DNA of 64,000 nucleotides from Phycisphaerae bacterium (GTDB lineage Bacteria; Planctomycetota; Phycisphaerae; UBA1845): positions 1,312,001 to 1,376,000 of the forward strand of contig CAXXGO010000006.1 of NCBI GenBank assembly GCA_963666835.2, in the 5' to 3' direction. Below the pieces are notes generated by a model. It made no database searches and was not told the origin of the DNA. It saw nothing but the letters and a program-made list of their open reading frames with translations. Below are positions 10,443 through 20,979 of the stretch, in pieces; position 1 is the first letter of the stretch, and each line of letters begins with the position of its first letter. A program made the position numbers and the translations under genes.

Positions 10443-12316
10443 GGTTGCTCCCGACTGACATTAGGCACCACCGATTCCTCGGGCAGGATCTCCGGATCGC
10501 TTATCGTCCGCCGGATCAGTCGCCGAGGTGCGAAGTGACGATGTCCCTTCGCGCCGTCGTGACATACTGCCAACCGATCGGACGTCCCGCCATCACTCGA
10601 TAGTCCGGATGCCGTGTGCCGTGCCATGTCCACTGCGGTATCGGACGACGCACTTTTCAAGCGCTCAATCGCCGACCGCAGTCTTACCTCGTAATTCCCT
10701 AGTTCCTCTCCCCGTGATGCCAGCTCCGTGACCCTCTCGGCGTCGGCCGGATCAACACACCGGGCCAACACGTCCGCCAGGTGGAACTCGCCCAATTCGT
10801 CCGCCAACGCGAGCACGAGCCCGGCGATTCGCCGGTCCCGCTCGTCCATAATCGCGCTCGGATCACCGGGACTCCCCACTACCCCCAGCAAACCGGGTTC
10901 GTTGAGCAGCACTTCCAGTATATGCCGCCACACCGCCTGTTTCTGGCCGCGTGGGACATCGGGCGTCCGTTGGCGCAAGTTATGGGTCTCAGCCCCCCAC
11001 CCCCTCGGCTTGTCACCGAGGCGAGCAAGAGCGCGAAGCACCTCCCGACTATCAATCCGAAGCACATGGGCTACCTGATTGGCCAGCAGCCCGCGCTGGA
11101 TCTCGTCTACCGCCCCCGAGTTGAAAGACTCTGCAACAACCCGAAGGAAATCTAGAATCGCCTCGCGGCGTCCGGTGTCCGACGCGCCCCCATCAAACCG
11201 GGCTCGGGTCTGGCACCATTTGAATTCTAGCGCGTCAACCGCGCCATTCAATACGTCCGAAAACCGTTCTGCCCCGGCATTATTGAGGAATTCGGACGGA
11301 TCCTTACCCTCCGGGATCCGCGCCAACCGCACCGCAATGCACCGCGGCAGAGCCACGTGGATCGCCCGGTCGGCCGCCGCCTCCCCGGCAGCGTCCGAGT
11401 CAAAAAGCAGAATCAACTCCTCGCAATATCGCCGAAGGAGATTAACCTGGGCTTCGGTCAAAGCAGTACCCAGCGTCGCCACCGTCTCCGTGAAACCGGC
11501 CTGATGCGCGGCGATGCAGTCGGTATAACCCTCCACAAGAATCGCACGATGCCGCGAAGAGATCGCGTCGCGGGCCAGGTCGATTCCGTACAATCCGCGC
11601 CCCTTGTCAAACAGGGCGTTCTGGCGGGTGTTGAGATACTTCGCCCGATCGTCCGCAAGCGTACGACCACCGAAACCAACCACTCGGCGCGTGCTATCGC
11701 TGATCGGGAACATCAATCGGTTGCGAAACGTCTCGTAGGTCCGACCGGTTTCGTCGGACCGCAGCAGATCCGCCGCCAGCAATAGAACCTCTCCGAATCC
11801 GGCACGGGCAGCCGCGTTCCGCAGTTCCCCGCCGTCAGTTGTGGCCAGCCCGATGTTGAAACGCTCCGCGGTCCCCTTAGAGATCCCTCTGGTGTCCAGA
11901 TACTCGCGCGTACTTTGCCCGATCGATCCATCGAGCAGATTCTGCCGAAAGAACCGCGTCGCCCAGTCATTGACTTTCGCCAGATCCGTACGGCTCGGCC
12001 CGCCGGCGGACGGACCCCGAGCAGTGTCGGACAAATCCACCCCGACTCGATCTGCCAGGATCTTCATGGCCTCCATGAACTGGACGTTCTCCCGCGCCTG
12101 CACGAACGAGAAGATGTCTCCGCCTTTACCGCACCCGAAACACTTGAACAAGCCGAGATCCGGGTTCACCGTAAATGACGGGGTCTTCTCGCTGTGGAAC
12201 GGGCACAAGCCTACCCATCGCCGCCCGCGCTGCTTGAGCGTAACGTGCTCGGACACAACATCAACGATGTCGACGCGCTCAAGAACCTGTCGTTTCTTTG
12301 ACTCGAAATCGTGCAA
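10439..12316 (-). CDS. dnaG: DNA primase
   Basis: [11 protein letters not shown]...CFGC zinc finger, FGGR, KYLN and TOPRIM VEGYTD/FDSDAAG motifs. Overlaps rpoD. Confidence 0.97.
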   Translation of the reverse strand: MHDFESKKRQVLERVDIVDVVSEHVTLKQRGRRWVGLCPFHSEKTPSFTVNPDLGLFKCFGCGKGGDIFSFVQARENVQFMEAMKILADRVGVDLSDTARGPSAGGPSRTDLAKVNDWATRFFRQNLLDGSIGQSTREYLDTRGISKGTAERFNIGLATTDGGELRNAAARAGFGEVLLLAADLLRSDETGRTYETFRNRLMFPISDSTRRVVGFGGRTLADDRAKYLNTRQNALFDKGRGLYGIDLARDAISSRHRAILVEGYTDCIAAHQAGFTETVATLGTALTEAQVNLLRRYCEELILLFDSDAAGEAAADRAIHVALPRCIAVRLARIPEGKDPSEFLNNAGAERFSDVLNGAVDALEFKWCQTRARFDGGASDTGRREAILDFLRVVAESFNSGAVDEIQRGLLANQVAHVLRIDSREVLRALARLGDKPRGWGAETHNLRQRTPDVPRGQKQAVWRHILEVLLNEPGLLGVVGSPGDPSAIMDERDRRIAGLVLALADELGEFHLADVLARCVDPADAERVTELASRGEELGNYEVRLRSAIERLKSASSDTAVDMARHTASGLSSDGGTSDRLAVCHDGAKGHRHFAPRRLIRRTISDPEILPEESVVPNVSREQP

Positions 12317-12532
12317 GGATGAGCGACCTTCAGTATGCGACGAAGAAATCGCGAGAGACCTCTTCCACCTCCGCAGAAACTACGCCGGAACCACTAGCGG
12401 CAGTCAAGATTTAGGGGTTTCGAATATCCGAGCAATTCAATTATACACCACGTTTCCCGGACCGTCAAACCGGAAACGTATGCGCACAAAGAACTTGCGG
12501 CTGCTCTTACCTGAGTTTCGGTTGATGATTCC

Positions 12533-13934
12533 CTATCGTTGCGCTGTTCGCCCGGAGTATCCCAGGAAATTCAGGAATACATCTTGTGACATAACCGGAA
12601 CTGACAGGTTCCGGGCGGACGTCAAGGTATCCATGTAGCTCTGCCAAGCGGCTTGATCGCCCCGGACTTCCGTGTCGCCCGTGGCTGCCCGCGGGCGGCG
12701 CGGAGCGGCGCCGGCAACGACGAAATCGGTCATGGCCGTGAGCTCGTTCGTGGTCTCGCCACCCCAATCCGCTACGATTGACTCAATCGCGGCGCGTCCG
12801 TCCGGGTCCACCGTGCCGTCGTAGTCGAGGTCAAACCCACCGATGGTAAGGAAAACAAGCCGACGCTTCGGGTCGTAGACCGGATTAGCGATCAAGTCCC
12901 CTTCGAGCACCACCTGGTTGGGTTCGAGACGTACGATCTTGCACTCGGCCGATGATCGATCGATCGAGACGACTTCGATCTGGGCCTTGCTGTAGCCGCT
13001 CGCCGGGATTCCGGTGCTCGCCGAGTATACCGAGAACTGCAGCCCGAGGGTCAGTTGGTTCTCACTGCCCAGGTTGACATACACGACATCGTCCCCGGGA
13101 ACCGCGGTCAGAATCTGTCCGTCCGGCTGGCGGGCGGTTACCAGCTCCGCCGGGCCGATCATCAGTTCACCGAACTTCTCCTGCTGGTCCACGAACCGCT
13201 GGCGAAGCTCGCGAAGATCTCGCTCCAAACTGGCGACCCGCTGCCGCTCAGCGGTCAGGTCGGCCACCGCCTGGGTGCGACTGCTCTCGAAGTCCTGCTC
13301 CATCCGGGCAACAGCTTCATCCCGTTCGGTGCGGTACGCCTTATGATCGGCCTCAAGCTGAGCGAGCTGATCGGTGAGTTCCCCGACCCTTGTCTCGAAA
13401 TCGCTCTTCTGTTGCGCGTTGAGTTCCACCAACTTGCCAACCTCGGTATCAAGTTGGCCAACTCGACCGTCGGCCTCGGTGCGCAAGGCGTGCTCCGCCT
13501 TAAAAGCATCGTACAGGGCCTCCATGTTCCCCAAGATCGCCCCACCGGGGTACTCGTCGGCGTTGGGGACGATGTTGTCACCCTCGATCGTCGACGCAAA
13601 CTGCTCGAACCGGCGCCGGGCGGTCTCAACGTCGTCGGTCTCAGTACACCGTCGCCAGCGCGGCCATCTTCTTGCGCTCGCCTTCCAGAATGCCCACCAC
13701 GGTCGGGCCACCCTCAGCGCGCGACCGGGCGTTGCGCACCAATTCCACCGAACGTTGTTCATCCGGGCTTATCAGCTTGTCCTTGTCCGCTTGGAGGCTG
13801 TTTATCTGCGTATGCAACTCCTCCTGGCCGGTGTAGAGCACCACCAGGAACACGGTAGACGTGAGCCACAACGCCACGAAGATGATCATCCACACCGTGA
13901 TGGCGCCAGCGCCTTGTTGCTGTCCTCTGGCCAT
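12533..13934 (-). CDS. membrane-anchored coiled-coil protein with BRCT-like C-terminus, apparent +1 frameshift near 13645
   Basis: N-terminal TM ORF (MARGQQQ...ALAT) continues in another frame as TETDDVETARR, then coiled coil, then IVADWGG...TDFVVAG...FLNFLGY. Confidence 0.75.
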
Positions 13935-14199
13935 CTGCGACCGACCTCCAATAGTCTGATTCTGCGTGGTTGCGAGTAGGCGACGTCCCCCACGCGCCAA
14001 CAGTCTTCCACCGCGACCCCCGCGGCCGAACACCACTCCCCGTCGCCGGGGCAGCGCCGGCCAGGGAGCACGCGTAACGCCACTGCTAAGCCGGATCAGC
14101 CTCGATCCGACCACGCGGTGGACCGGGATTGTTGAAGATAAAGGGGATTCTGTCAAGATTACACAGGATCCCAATACCCGTTCCATCCGCCCGGGCCGA

Positions 14200-15522
14200 T
14201 TAGCCCTCGAATTCCCGAATGACCAGGGCGTCGTTCTGTCCACCGAACCCGAACCCGTTCGACAGGCACGTTCGGACGTTAACCGCACGGGCTTCGTTCG
14301 GAACGTAATCCAAATCACAATTCGGATCGGGCTCCCGGTAGTTGGTGGTCGGCGGCAGCATGTTGTCGCGAATCGCCAGAACGCAGGTGATAACCTCCAC
14401 GGCTCCCGCGGCCGCTATCAGATGCCCCAGCATGCTCTTGACACTGCTTATAGGAACATCCTTCGCCCGATCCCCGAGCACCTTACGGATCGCGAGCGTC
14501 TCGATCTTGTCGTTCTCCTCCGTCCCGGTCCCGTGGGCGGAGATGTAGTCAATGTCCTGGAATGCCGACCCCCGCGTTGCTCAGCGCCGCTCGCATGGCC
14601 GCGATGCCCCCTCGGCCATCTTCGTGAATGTCCGTAATCCGGAAAGCATCTGCAGTAGAGCCGAATCCAATAACTTCAGCCTGAACCTTGGCCCCGCGAC
14701 GCCTGGCGTGCTCCAGTTCTTCGAGAACAACGATTCCTGCCCCCTCGCCGAGCACGAAACCGTCTCTGGTGCGGTCGAATGGGCGAGAGGCGGTGGCGAT
14801 ATCGTCGTTGCGGGTCGAAAGGGCGGTCAGACGGTTGAAACCGGTCACACCAAGCGGGTGGATCATGCTGGTGGGCTGCCACCGGTGATCATCAGATCTG
14901 CGTCACCGCTTCGAATAAGGTGCATAGCCTCACCGATTGCCTGGGTGCTGGCCGCACATGCGGTAAGGGTGTTGACGCTCGGTCCTTGGGCGTTGAACAG
15001 GTTGGCGAGATGCCCGCCGGCCAGGTTAGGCTCCTGCTCCAACTCGTTCTCGGAGTTGAGCAGTTTCATGGCCTCCTCGGCCCATCGGACGGTGTCGAGC
15101 GGAGTCGTCTCGCCGGCGGCGTTTCGACAACCGGCAAGGGCCGCCGCCGCGAACGGAGAGAAGTCCAACGGACCTTCCCCGCCCCCGAGGTAGATCCCGA
15201 CCCGTGTGGGATCAAGCTGGGCATACGCTCTCAACCCGGCGTGTTCCCAAGCCTTGACGGCGGCGGCAAGGGCGAACTGGGTATTGCGGCTGGCACCCTT
15301 GTGCGTCTCGGCGTCGGCACCGAGGAACTCGTCGAGCGCGAAGTCCTTGACCTCAGCCGAGAACGACGACGGAAACGTCGAAGCGTCGAACAGAGTGGTG
15401 CGGGCTAAGCCGCTTTCACCGGCGAGCAGGGCTTTCCAGACGCCCTCAATGTCGGTTCCGAGCGGGGTTATCCACCCCAGGCCTGTGATGACAGTGCGTC
15501 GCTCCACGGGATTACTCCTCAT
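14200..15522 (-). CDS. fabF: beta-ketoacyl-ACP synthase (FabF-like), split by frameshifts near 14875 and 14555
   Basis: TACAAS catalytic Cys, [20 protein letters not shown] and KSMLGH are spread over three frames. Confidence 0.85.
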
Positions 15523-16852
15523 ACCGCTTAATCACCGCCGCGCCGATCTGACCACCGGACAACGCATGCCCCGAAGAAACCGCGTGCGTAATCTTGGCGT
15601 CGACGGGATCATTCTGCCGGAAGCGGAACCGGCTCACGGAATCCGATTGGTCAGTATTCAGCGAGGCGGGCACCATACTGCGATGCACCGCCAATACGGC
15701 TGCGGCGAAGTCTATGGCTCCGGACCCGGCCCCGTTATTGCCGGTGGCGCCGCGGGTGGTCAATGCCGGAATATCGTCGAGTCGATCACCGAAAACGGCG
15801 TTCCACCCGGCCATCTCGGAGGCATCGCTCTCCACGACCCCGGTCCCAAAGGGTGCCGCCAGTTGGACCTGATCGGCGCCGATCCCTGCCGCGGTCATAG
15901 CCTTCTGAAGAGCCAGCGCCACCGCCCGCCCTTCCGGATCCGGCTTGGACCAATGGTAACTGTCGCTGCTGGCCCCGAACCCCGCAAACTCGGCGTAGAT
16001 TCTGGCTTGGCGTGCCTTGGCGTGTTCCAGGGACTCCAGGATAACCAATCCGCCGCCCTCTGCGGCTACGGTACCAGCCCGGCTCTCTCCGAACGGTTGA
16101 CACGCCCGCGTCGGATCATCGTTGGCGTCGACATTGATCAGCCCGAGCAGCTCACGGCGGGCCATTGCCATCGGGTTGATTCGCGCTTCCGCCCCGCCGC
16201 AGATGCACACGTCCGCGTCGCCGCGTGCTATGGTGCGGTAGGCTTCACCGATAGCGAGATGGCTGGACGCTTCCCCGCACGTAATCGTGTTCGACGGCGC
16301 CTGGGCGTCGTGGATGATCGTTACGTGGCAGGCAAGCATATTCGGCAGGAACTTCAGCAGCCACAGCGGGGTGAGGTTCTCCATACCCTCACCGCCCCAG
16401 AGCTTCAAATCGAAGGCCCCTTCGGAGTCGGCGGCGGTCGCCAGCGCTCCGGCCAGCTCGTTAAGGTCGGCACAGACCAGCCCCGCCCCGATGTTGGCCC
16501 CGAACCTGGTGCTATCGACGTTCGCCGGGGCAGGCGCCTCGCCGCGTTCCAGAATGCACTTGGTACGCAAACCGGCATCCGTCACTGCATGATAGGCGCA
16601 CATTACGGCGATCTTGATGTCTCGTGACATCACCTTGGCACTTTTTCGGTACGTCTTAGGAATGAAGTCGCCCAGTTTGAAGGACGGAAGTTCTCCGCCA
16701 ATCTGCGACGCCAGCCCCGCCGGATCGAACGCTTCCACCCGGGCGATGCCGCAGCGTTGCTCCATCAGGGCGTCCCAGAATGCGTCGACCCCTATACCGA
16801 TGGGCGTAGCCACACCCAACCCGGTGACTACAACACGTCGCTTACGTTCCAT
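15512..16852 (-). CDS. KS-fold protein lacking the catalytic triad (chain-length-factor-like)
   Basis: VVVTGLG start. ITCGEASS aligns Glu at the catalytic Cys position, APFGTG replaces AHGTG and TRGATGN replaces KSxxGH. Confidence 0.8.
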   Translation of the reverse strand: MERKRRVVVTGLGVATPIGIGVDAFWDALMEQRCGIARVEAFDPAGLASQIGGELPSFKLGDFIPKTYRKSAKVMSRDIKIAVMCAYHAVTDAGLRTKCILERGEAPAPANVDSTRFGANIGAGLVCADLNELAGALATAADSEGAFDLKLWGGEGMENLTPLWLLKFLPNMLACHVTIIHDAQAPSNTITCGEASSHLAIGEAYRTIARGDADVCICGGAEARINPMAMARRELLGLINVDANDDPTRACQPFGESRAGTVAAEGGGLVILESLEHAKARQARIYAEFAGFGASSDSYHWSKPDPEGRAVALALQKAMTAAGIGADQVQLAAPFGTGVVESDASEMAGWNAVFGDRLDDIPALTTRGATGNNGAGSGAIDFAAAVLAVHRSMVPASLNTDQSDSVSRFRFRQNDPVDAKITHAVSSGHALSGGQIGAAVIKRYEE

Positions 16853-17342
16853 TCGACTCCTCACTTCCGCTGCTTTTGTCACCCCGGAAGGTCGCCAGCA
16901 GGTCCATGAACTGGTCAGTAAAAACGAAGTTGTGATCGGGGAGTTCCGGCGGCTTCTCCGCCTGATCGACGTGGGCGAAAATCAGGTCGATGTTGCCGAT
17001 CTTCCGGCCGTTCTTGAGCACGGTTCCCGTGGTCATGGCGGCCCGTTCGTCAACCGATTCCACAACCGCTTCGTAGCGCAGTTGATCCCCCGGACCGGCG
17101 TAATCGGCGAAGTCCGCCCGCCGCACCTTGGCGAGAATGACGTTCTCAGCGAAACCGCGGACTTCTCCTACGAGTATGCCGGCCGTCTGGGCCATCCCCT
17201 CGATCATCAAAGACGGCGGCAGAACGGGATACCCGGGAAAATGGTCGTGAAGGTGCTCTTCGGCGAGCGTTACGTTCTTTACCGCCGCGGCCCGTTGCCC
17301 GGAAACGAAGTCGACAAAGCTGTCAATCCAGATCCACCGCAT
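16842..17342 (-). CDS. FabZ-like hydroxyacyl-ACP dehydratase
   Basis: MRWIWID and KNVT...DHFPGYPVLPPSLMIEGMAQ motifs. Confidence 0.9.
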   Translation of the reverse strand: MRWIWIDSFVDFVSGQRAAAVKNVTLAEEHLHDHFPGYPVLPPSLMIEGMAQTAGILVGEVRGFAENVILAKVRRADFADYAGPGDQLRYEAVVESVDERAAMTTGTVLKNGRKIGNIDLIFAHVDQAEKPPELPDHNFVFTDQFMDLLATFRGDKSSGSEESNGT

Positions 17343-17390
17343 GCCGATTCCGCCGCGCGTTGGCGCTTGGCTGCAAAGCTGCCTGAAGGA

Positions 17391-17783
17391 CTACGCAGCC
17401 GCGACCTTGCTCTCCACGTAGTTGACGATCGTATCGACGGTGAACAGATCCGGCATCCGCGAGACCTTGGGGTCGCGTTCGAACTCCGTAAAATCTGCGT
17501 GGGGCATGGCGGCCTTGAGTGTTTCGACCCCGACCGGAGTCATGGTGTCCCCATCTACGTACTCCGGATTGTTGAGCAGGTCCTCCGGGAACAGCTCGCC
17601 CTTCGGTATCTTGATCGAGAAGGCCTTCTCCAGCCGAAAGACGATGTCCAGAAAATCAATGCTCTCGGCACCAAGGTCGCCCTGCAGGGTTGACTCGGCC
17701 AAGACCTCATCGTGGTCAACTCCCAAAGCGTCGCTCAATACCTCTTGCACCTCAGCGAAGATTTCCTCACGGCTCGCAGCCAT
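17391..17783 (-). CDS. acyl carrier protein, extended (130 aa)
   Basis: DLGAESIDFLDI phosphopantetheine site, with a ~45-aa insertion before FTVDTIVNYV. Confidence 0.92.
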   Translation of the reverse strand: MAASREEIFAEVQEVLSDALGVDHDEVLAESTLQGDLGAESIDFLDIVFRLEKAFSIKIPKGELFPEDLLNNPEYVDGDTMTPVGVETLKAAMPHADFTEFERDPKVSRMPDLFTVDTIVNYVESKVAAA

Positions 17784-17864
17784 GCCGCACAGACCTCCTT
17801 ATCTCGACCGAGCTTCGTGCGGCCCGCCGCACACTCCGGACCCCGGTCCTGTCATATCCCAAGC

Positions 17865-18329
17865 CTATTGACGAAGGAGAGCGAATCGCCTCCTCAACTC
17901 CTCGACTATCTGTCGGTCCGCGGGACTCGACTCCGTTGCCGAACCGCTCGAGAAGTGCCGCAGCCCGAACCGCGCTTTAACGACCTCTCGATCACGGCAA
18001 TAGCCGACGCCGGTGAACTCACTTGCCTCGGGCGCCAGCCGACGACACGTGACTTCCAATCTCAGCAGATTGCCCGGCTTCACAAAGCTCTTGTATGTTA
18101 CGTTCCTGGCCTCTCGGAGCAAGATAATGCTGGATGAGAAATCTTGTGCGTCCCGGACCAGCCAGGCAGCCGCCTCCGTCAACGCCTCCAGCATCAACAC
18201 CCCGGGAAGCACCGGAAAAGACGGAAAGTGGTCCGCCAGGTACTCCTCGGCCAGAGAAACCGCCTTAACGGCGACTATCCGCTCGCCCCGGGTCAGTTCG
18301 AGAATGCTGTCAACCAGTGCGAATTTCAT
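17865..18329 (-). CDS. FabZ-like hydroxyacyl-ACP dehydratase
   Basis: MKFALVD, DHFPSFPVLPGVLMLEAL and FVKPG motifs. Confidence 0.9.
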   Translation of the reverse strand: MKFALVDSILELTRGERIVAVKAVSLAEEYLADHFPSFPVLPGVLMLEALTEAAAWLVRDAQDFSSSIILLREARNVTYKSFVKPGNLLRLEVTCRRLAPEASEFTGVGYCRDREVVKARFGLRHFSSGSATESSPADRQIVEELRRRFALLRQ

Positions 18330-18405
18330 TCAGGTACGAGCCGGCTCAGGCGCCCCGCGATCCATACTCCGACCCGCCTGCGCCGAGCGGGCCGGAAAGA
18401 ACGGT

Positions 18406-19995
18406 CTACCAGTCGAAGTGACTGGAAAGACCGCCGCGGAGCGGCTTCTTGCGCTTCTTCGGGGGCTTCTTGGGTGCAGCCTCTTCCATAGGAGCGCTAC
18501 TCTCGGGATCCACCGGATTGGCTACCGCCTTGATAGACAGTGAAATCCTGCGGTTCTCCTGATCCACCCCCAGGACTCGGGCCTCGACCTCCTGGCCCGC
18601 CTGCACGACCTCGGAACAAGACTTCACCCGCCGATCGGACAGCTCGGAAATATGAATCAAGCCCTCAACACCCGGCACTAGTTCCACAAACGCGCCGAAA
18701 TCGGCGAGACGGGTGATCCGCCCTTTCACCAGGGATTGCGCCTCGAAGGTTTCAAGGACGCCCTCCCAAGGATCCGCCTGAGCCTGCTTCATACTCAGCG
18801 CGATCCGCCTTTTATTCGCCTCGCAACGGATCACAACCACGTCGATCATGTCACCAGCAGACACCGCGTCTGAGGTTTTGCCGACCCGCGACCACCCCAT
18901 CTCACTAATGGGGATCAACCCTTCAACGCCGGTCTCCAATTCGGCGAACGCCCCGAAGTCCGCGAGCCGAACGATGCGTACCTTCAAAGCCGTCCCGGCC
19001 GGGTACTTCTCCTCGGCGCCGACCCAGGGGTCCGGCTGGCACTGCTTGGCCCCGAGGGATATTCGATCGCGTTCGGTGTCGATCTTGAGGATCTGAACAT
19101 CGATCTCCTGGCCTTCGGTGAGCACGTCGGTGACCTTCTCAACCGATCCCCAACTCAAATCGCGAATATGCAGCAGGCCATCAATGCCACCGAGGTCGAT
19201 GAACGCCCCGTAGTCGGTAATGGTACCGACGATCCCCTTGCGAACTTGCCCGACCGCCAGTTCGGTCTTCAGTTTCGCTTTCGCTTCCGCCGACTCACGT
19301 TCCATCAGCTTTCGCCGGCTGACCAGCACGTTCTTACCGCGGCGATCAACTTCCACCACCTCGCAACGCAACGACTCGTTGAGGAAGACGGAAATATCCT
19401 TCATCGGAATGTTGTCGACCTGGGAGGCCGGCATGAACGCCCGAATCCCGTTCAGATCGATTTCCAGACCGCCCTTGTTCATTCCAGTCGCGCGGCCTTG
19501 GACAATGGCACCGACGGAAAGGTTGGTCCAAGTGGCCCGCTGAACGGCACCTTTGCGGTTCAGGATCAGCATGCTGGCGTCGGCATCGTAGCGTTCTACG
19601 ACGACATCCACCCGCCGGCCGTTCTCGACCACCTCTTTCTTTCCGAACTGTGATCTGGGCACGAACCCCTGCGATTTCGGGCCGAACTCGATGAAGACCT
19701 CGTCTTCCGACACGCCCACGACCGTACCGGTCAACTCCGTGCCGGGCTCGATGCCCTCTGCAGGTTCGCCGGATTCCACATCGGGCGTTCCGCCGCACAG
19801 TTCCGCGAGGTCGTCGGGGTCCATCGCCCCCATCGCCTCTTCGACCTCTCGGTTGAGATCGGGCGGTAACGGATTAGGGTCCGGAGACGGCACCGGGGGC
19901 AAGCCATCCGGTACTGGAGGGGGCACGTACTCTTCCGGCCGAGTTTCGGGATATTCCGCCGACCCGCCCGATTCAACTGCGTCACTCATGTCCAA
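18406..19995 (-). CDS. ribosomal protein S1-like multi-S1-domain protein, probably a paralogue
   Basis: About five S1 repeats (YGAFIDLGGIDGLLHI, FGAFAELETGVEGLIPI, FGAFVELVPGVEGLIHI) and a Pro/acidic N-terminal extension. Confidence 0.85.
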   Translation of the reverse strand: MDMSDAVESGGSAEYPETRPEEYVPPPVPDGLPPVPSPDPNPLPPDLNREVEEAMGAMDPDDLAELCGGTPDVESGEPAEGIEPGTELTGTVVGVSEDEVFIEFGPKSQGFVPRSQFGKKEVVENGRRVDVVVERYDADASMLILNRKGAVQRATWTNLSVGAIVQGRATGMNKGGLEIDLNGIRAFMPASQVDNIPMKDISVFLNESLRCEVVEVDRRGKNVLVSRRKLMERESAEAKAKLKTELAVGQVRKGIVGTITDYGAFIDLGGIDGLLHIRDLSWGSVEKVTDVLTEGQEIDVQILKIDTERDRISLGAKQCQPDPWVGAEEKYPAGTALKVRIVRLADFGAFAELETGVEGLIPISEMGWSRVGKTSDAVSAGDMIDVVVIRCEANKRRIALSMKQAQADPWEGVLETFEAQSLVKGRITRLADFGAFVELVPGVEGLIHISELSDRRVKSCSEVVQAGQEVEARVLGVDQENRRISLSIKAVANPVDPESSAPMEEAAPKKPPKKRKKPLRGGLSSHFDW

Positions 19996-20979
19996 AGCCT
20001 TCTTGCAGGCACTGGCCTACTCGACAATACGCCGGCCCGGTGAGCTGCTTCCGGGGCCGACTCGCTTTAAGCCCTAGTGAAAAACAAAAGAGGATGCTGC
20101 AGCGCCACTCCCAATGGGGGCATCCACGCCTGTACCGTGAGGTCGCCTGGAAAGCGATACGACAATACCGCACGCGCTAACACTGATATCACCGGTGCGA
20201 ATTCAGGTCACCTCCCAGACACTGAAACCGACCATTGTTGTAGCGGGACTCAGCAAACAAGTCAAGTTGGCAGCGGCAAACGCAAAACGCTGCCTCGATT
20301 GCAGACGTTGGGAATCCACGGTGGCCGCCCGGCATCGTCGGGATGCCGCGCCCAAAGGAACTGCGATCGGGTCAACGCACAGCCGCCTCACAATCCGGCT
20401 GCAATGCGCGGCCGCACATCCTTGAAGACCAACTCAAAGTCGTAGCCAACCCAAGCACCGGCAAGGGGCCGAATCTGTCGCCCTCCGCCGTCGACCAACC
20501 GAAATGAGAAACCGGAGAGGCGATCCTCCCCGGCGCACGTGAACATAGGACGATCCGGCTTCCGCTCAACAGCGTGGAGATGAACAGAAGCTCCCACGCG
20601 GGGGTAGTCCGATAATACTCCGTAAAAAGCCGCGGGTCTGAAGAGTTTTTCCTTGTGTTCGTGTTATAAGACGAGCTAAAATGGCTATGGTATTTTGGAC
20701 GTTCTAGATAGGCTGCGGGGAGCCGTTGAATTCCCTCCCTTCGCAGACTCCTATGACCAGCGTTCCTGCGCTGCAACGTTGCGGTTCTGCATTGCGCGGA
20801 GCCAGCCGTATTAAGGGCGGGCCGGAACGTCCGGACCCTGATTCACAGGGTATCTACCTGGCTGTGATTGGTGCCCGCCTGGATCAGACGCGGCAAGTAG
20901 TGTCGGTGGCATACGGACGGCGTAATAACTCCTGCCGGCGCGGGCCGGCGGCGGGACTTAAATCGGAAAGGGAGGAGCA

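Noticed and set aside
13640..14885. Programmed frameshifting or Sec readthrough in fabF and the coiled-coil gene
   Set aside because: The continuations are in different frames, so UGA readthrough cannot join them. No slippery heptamers are present and simple insertions explain all breaks.
20610..20690. c-di-GMP-I riboswitch-like stretch (AAAGCCGCGGGTCTGAAG...TAAGAC)
   Set aside because: The upstream GGCAAA/GNRA stem and closing pairing are not found, so the resemblance is partial.
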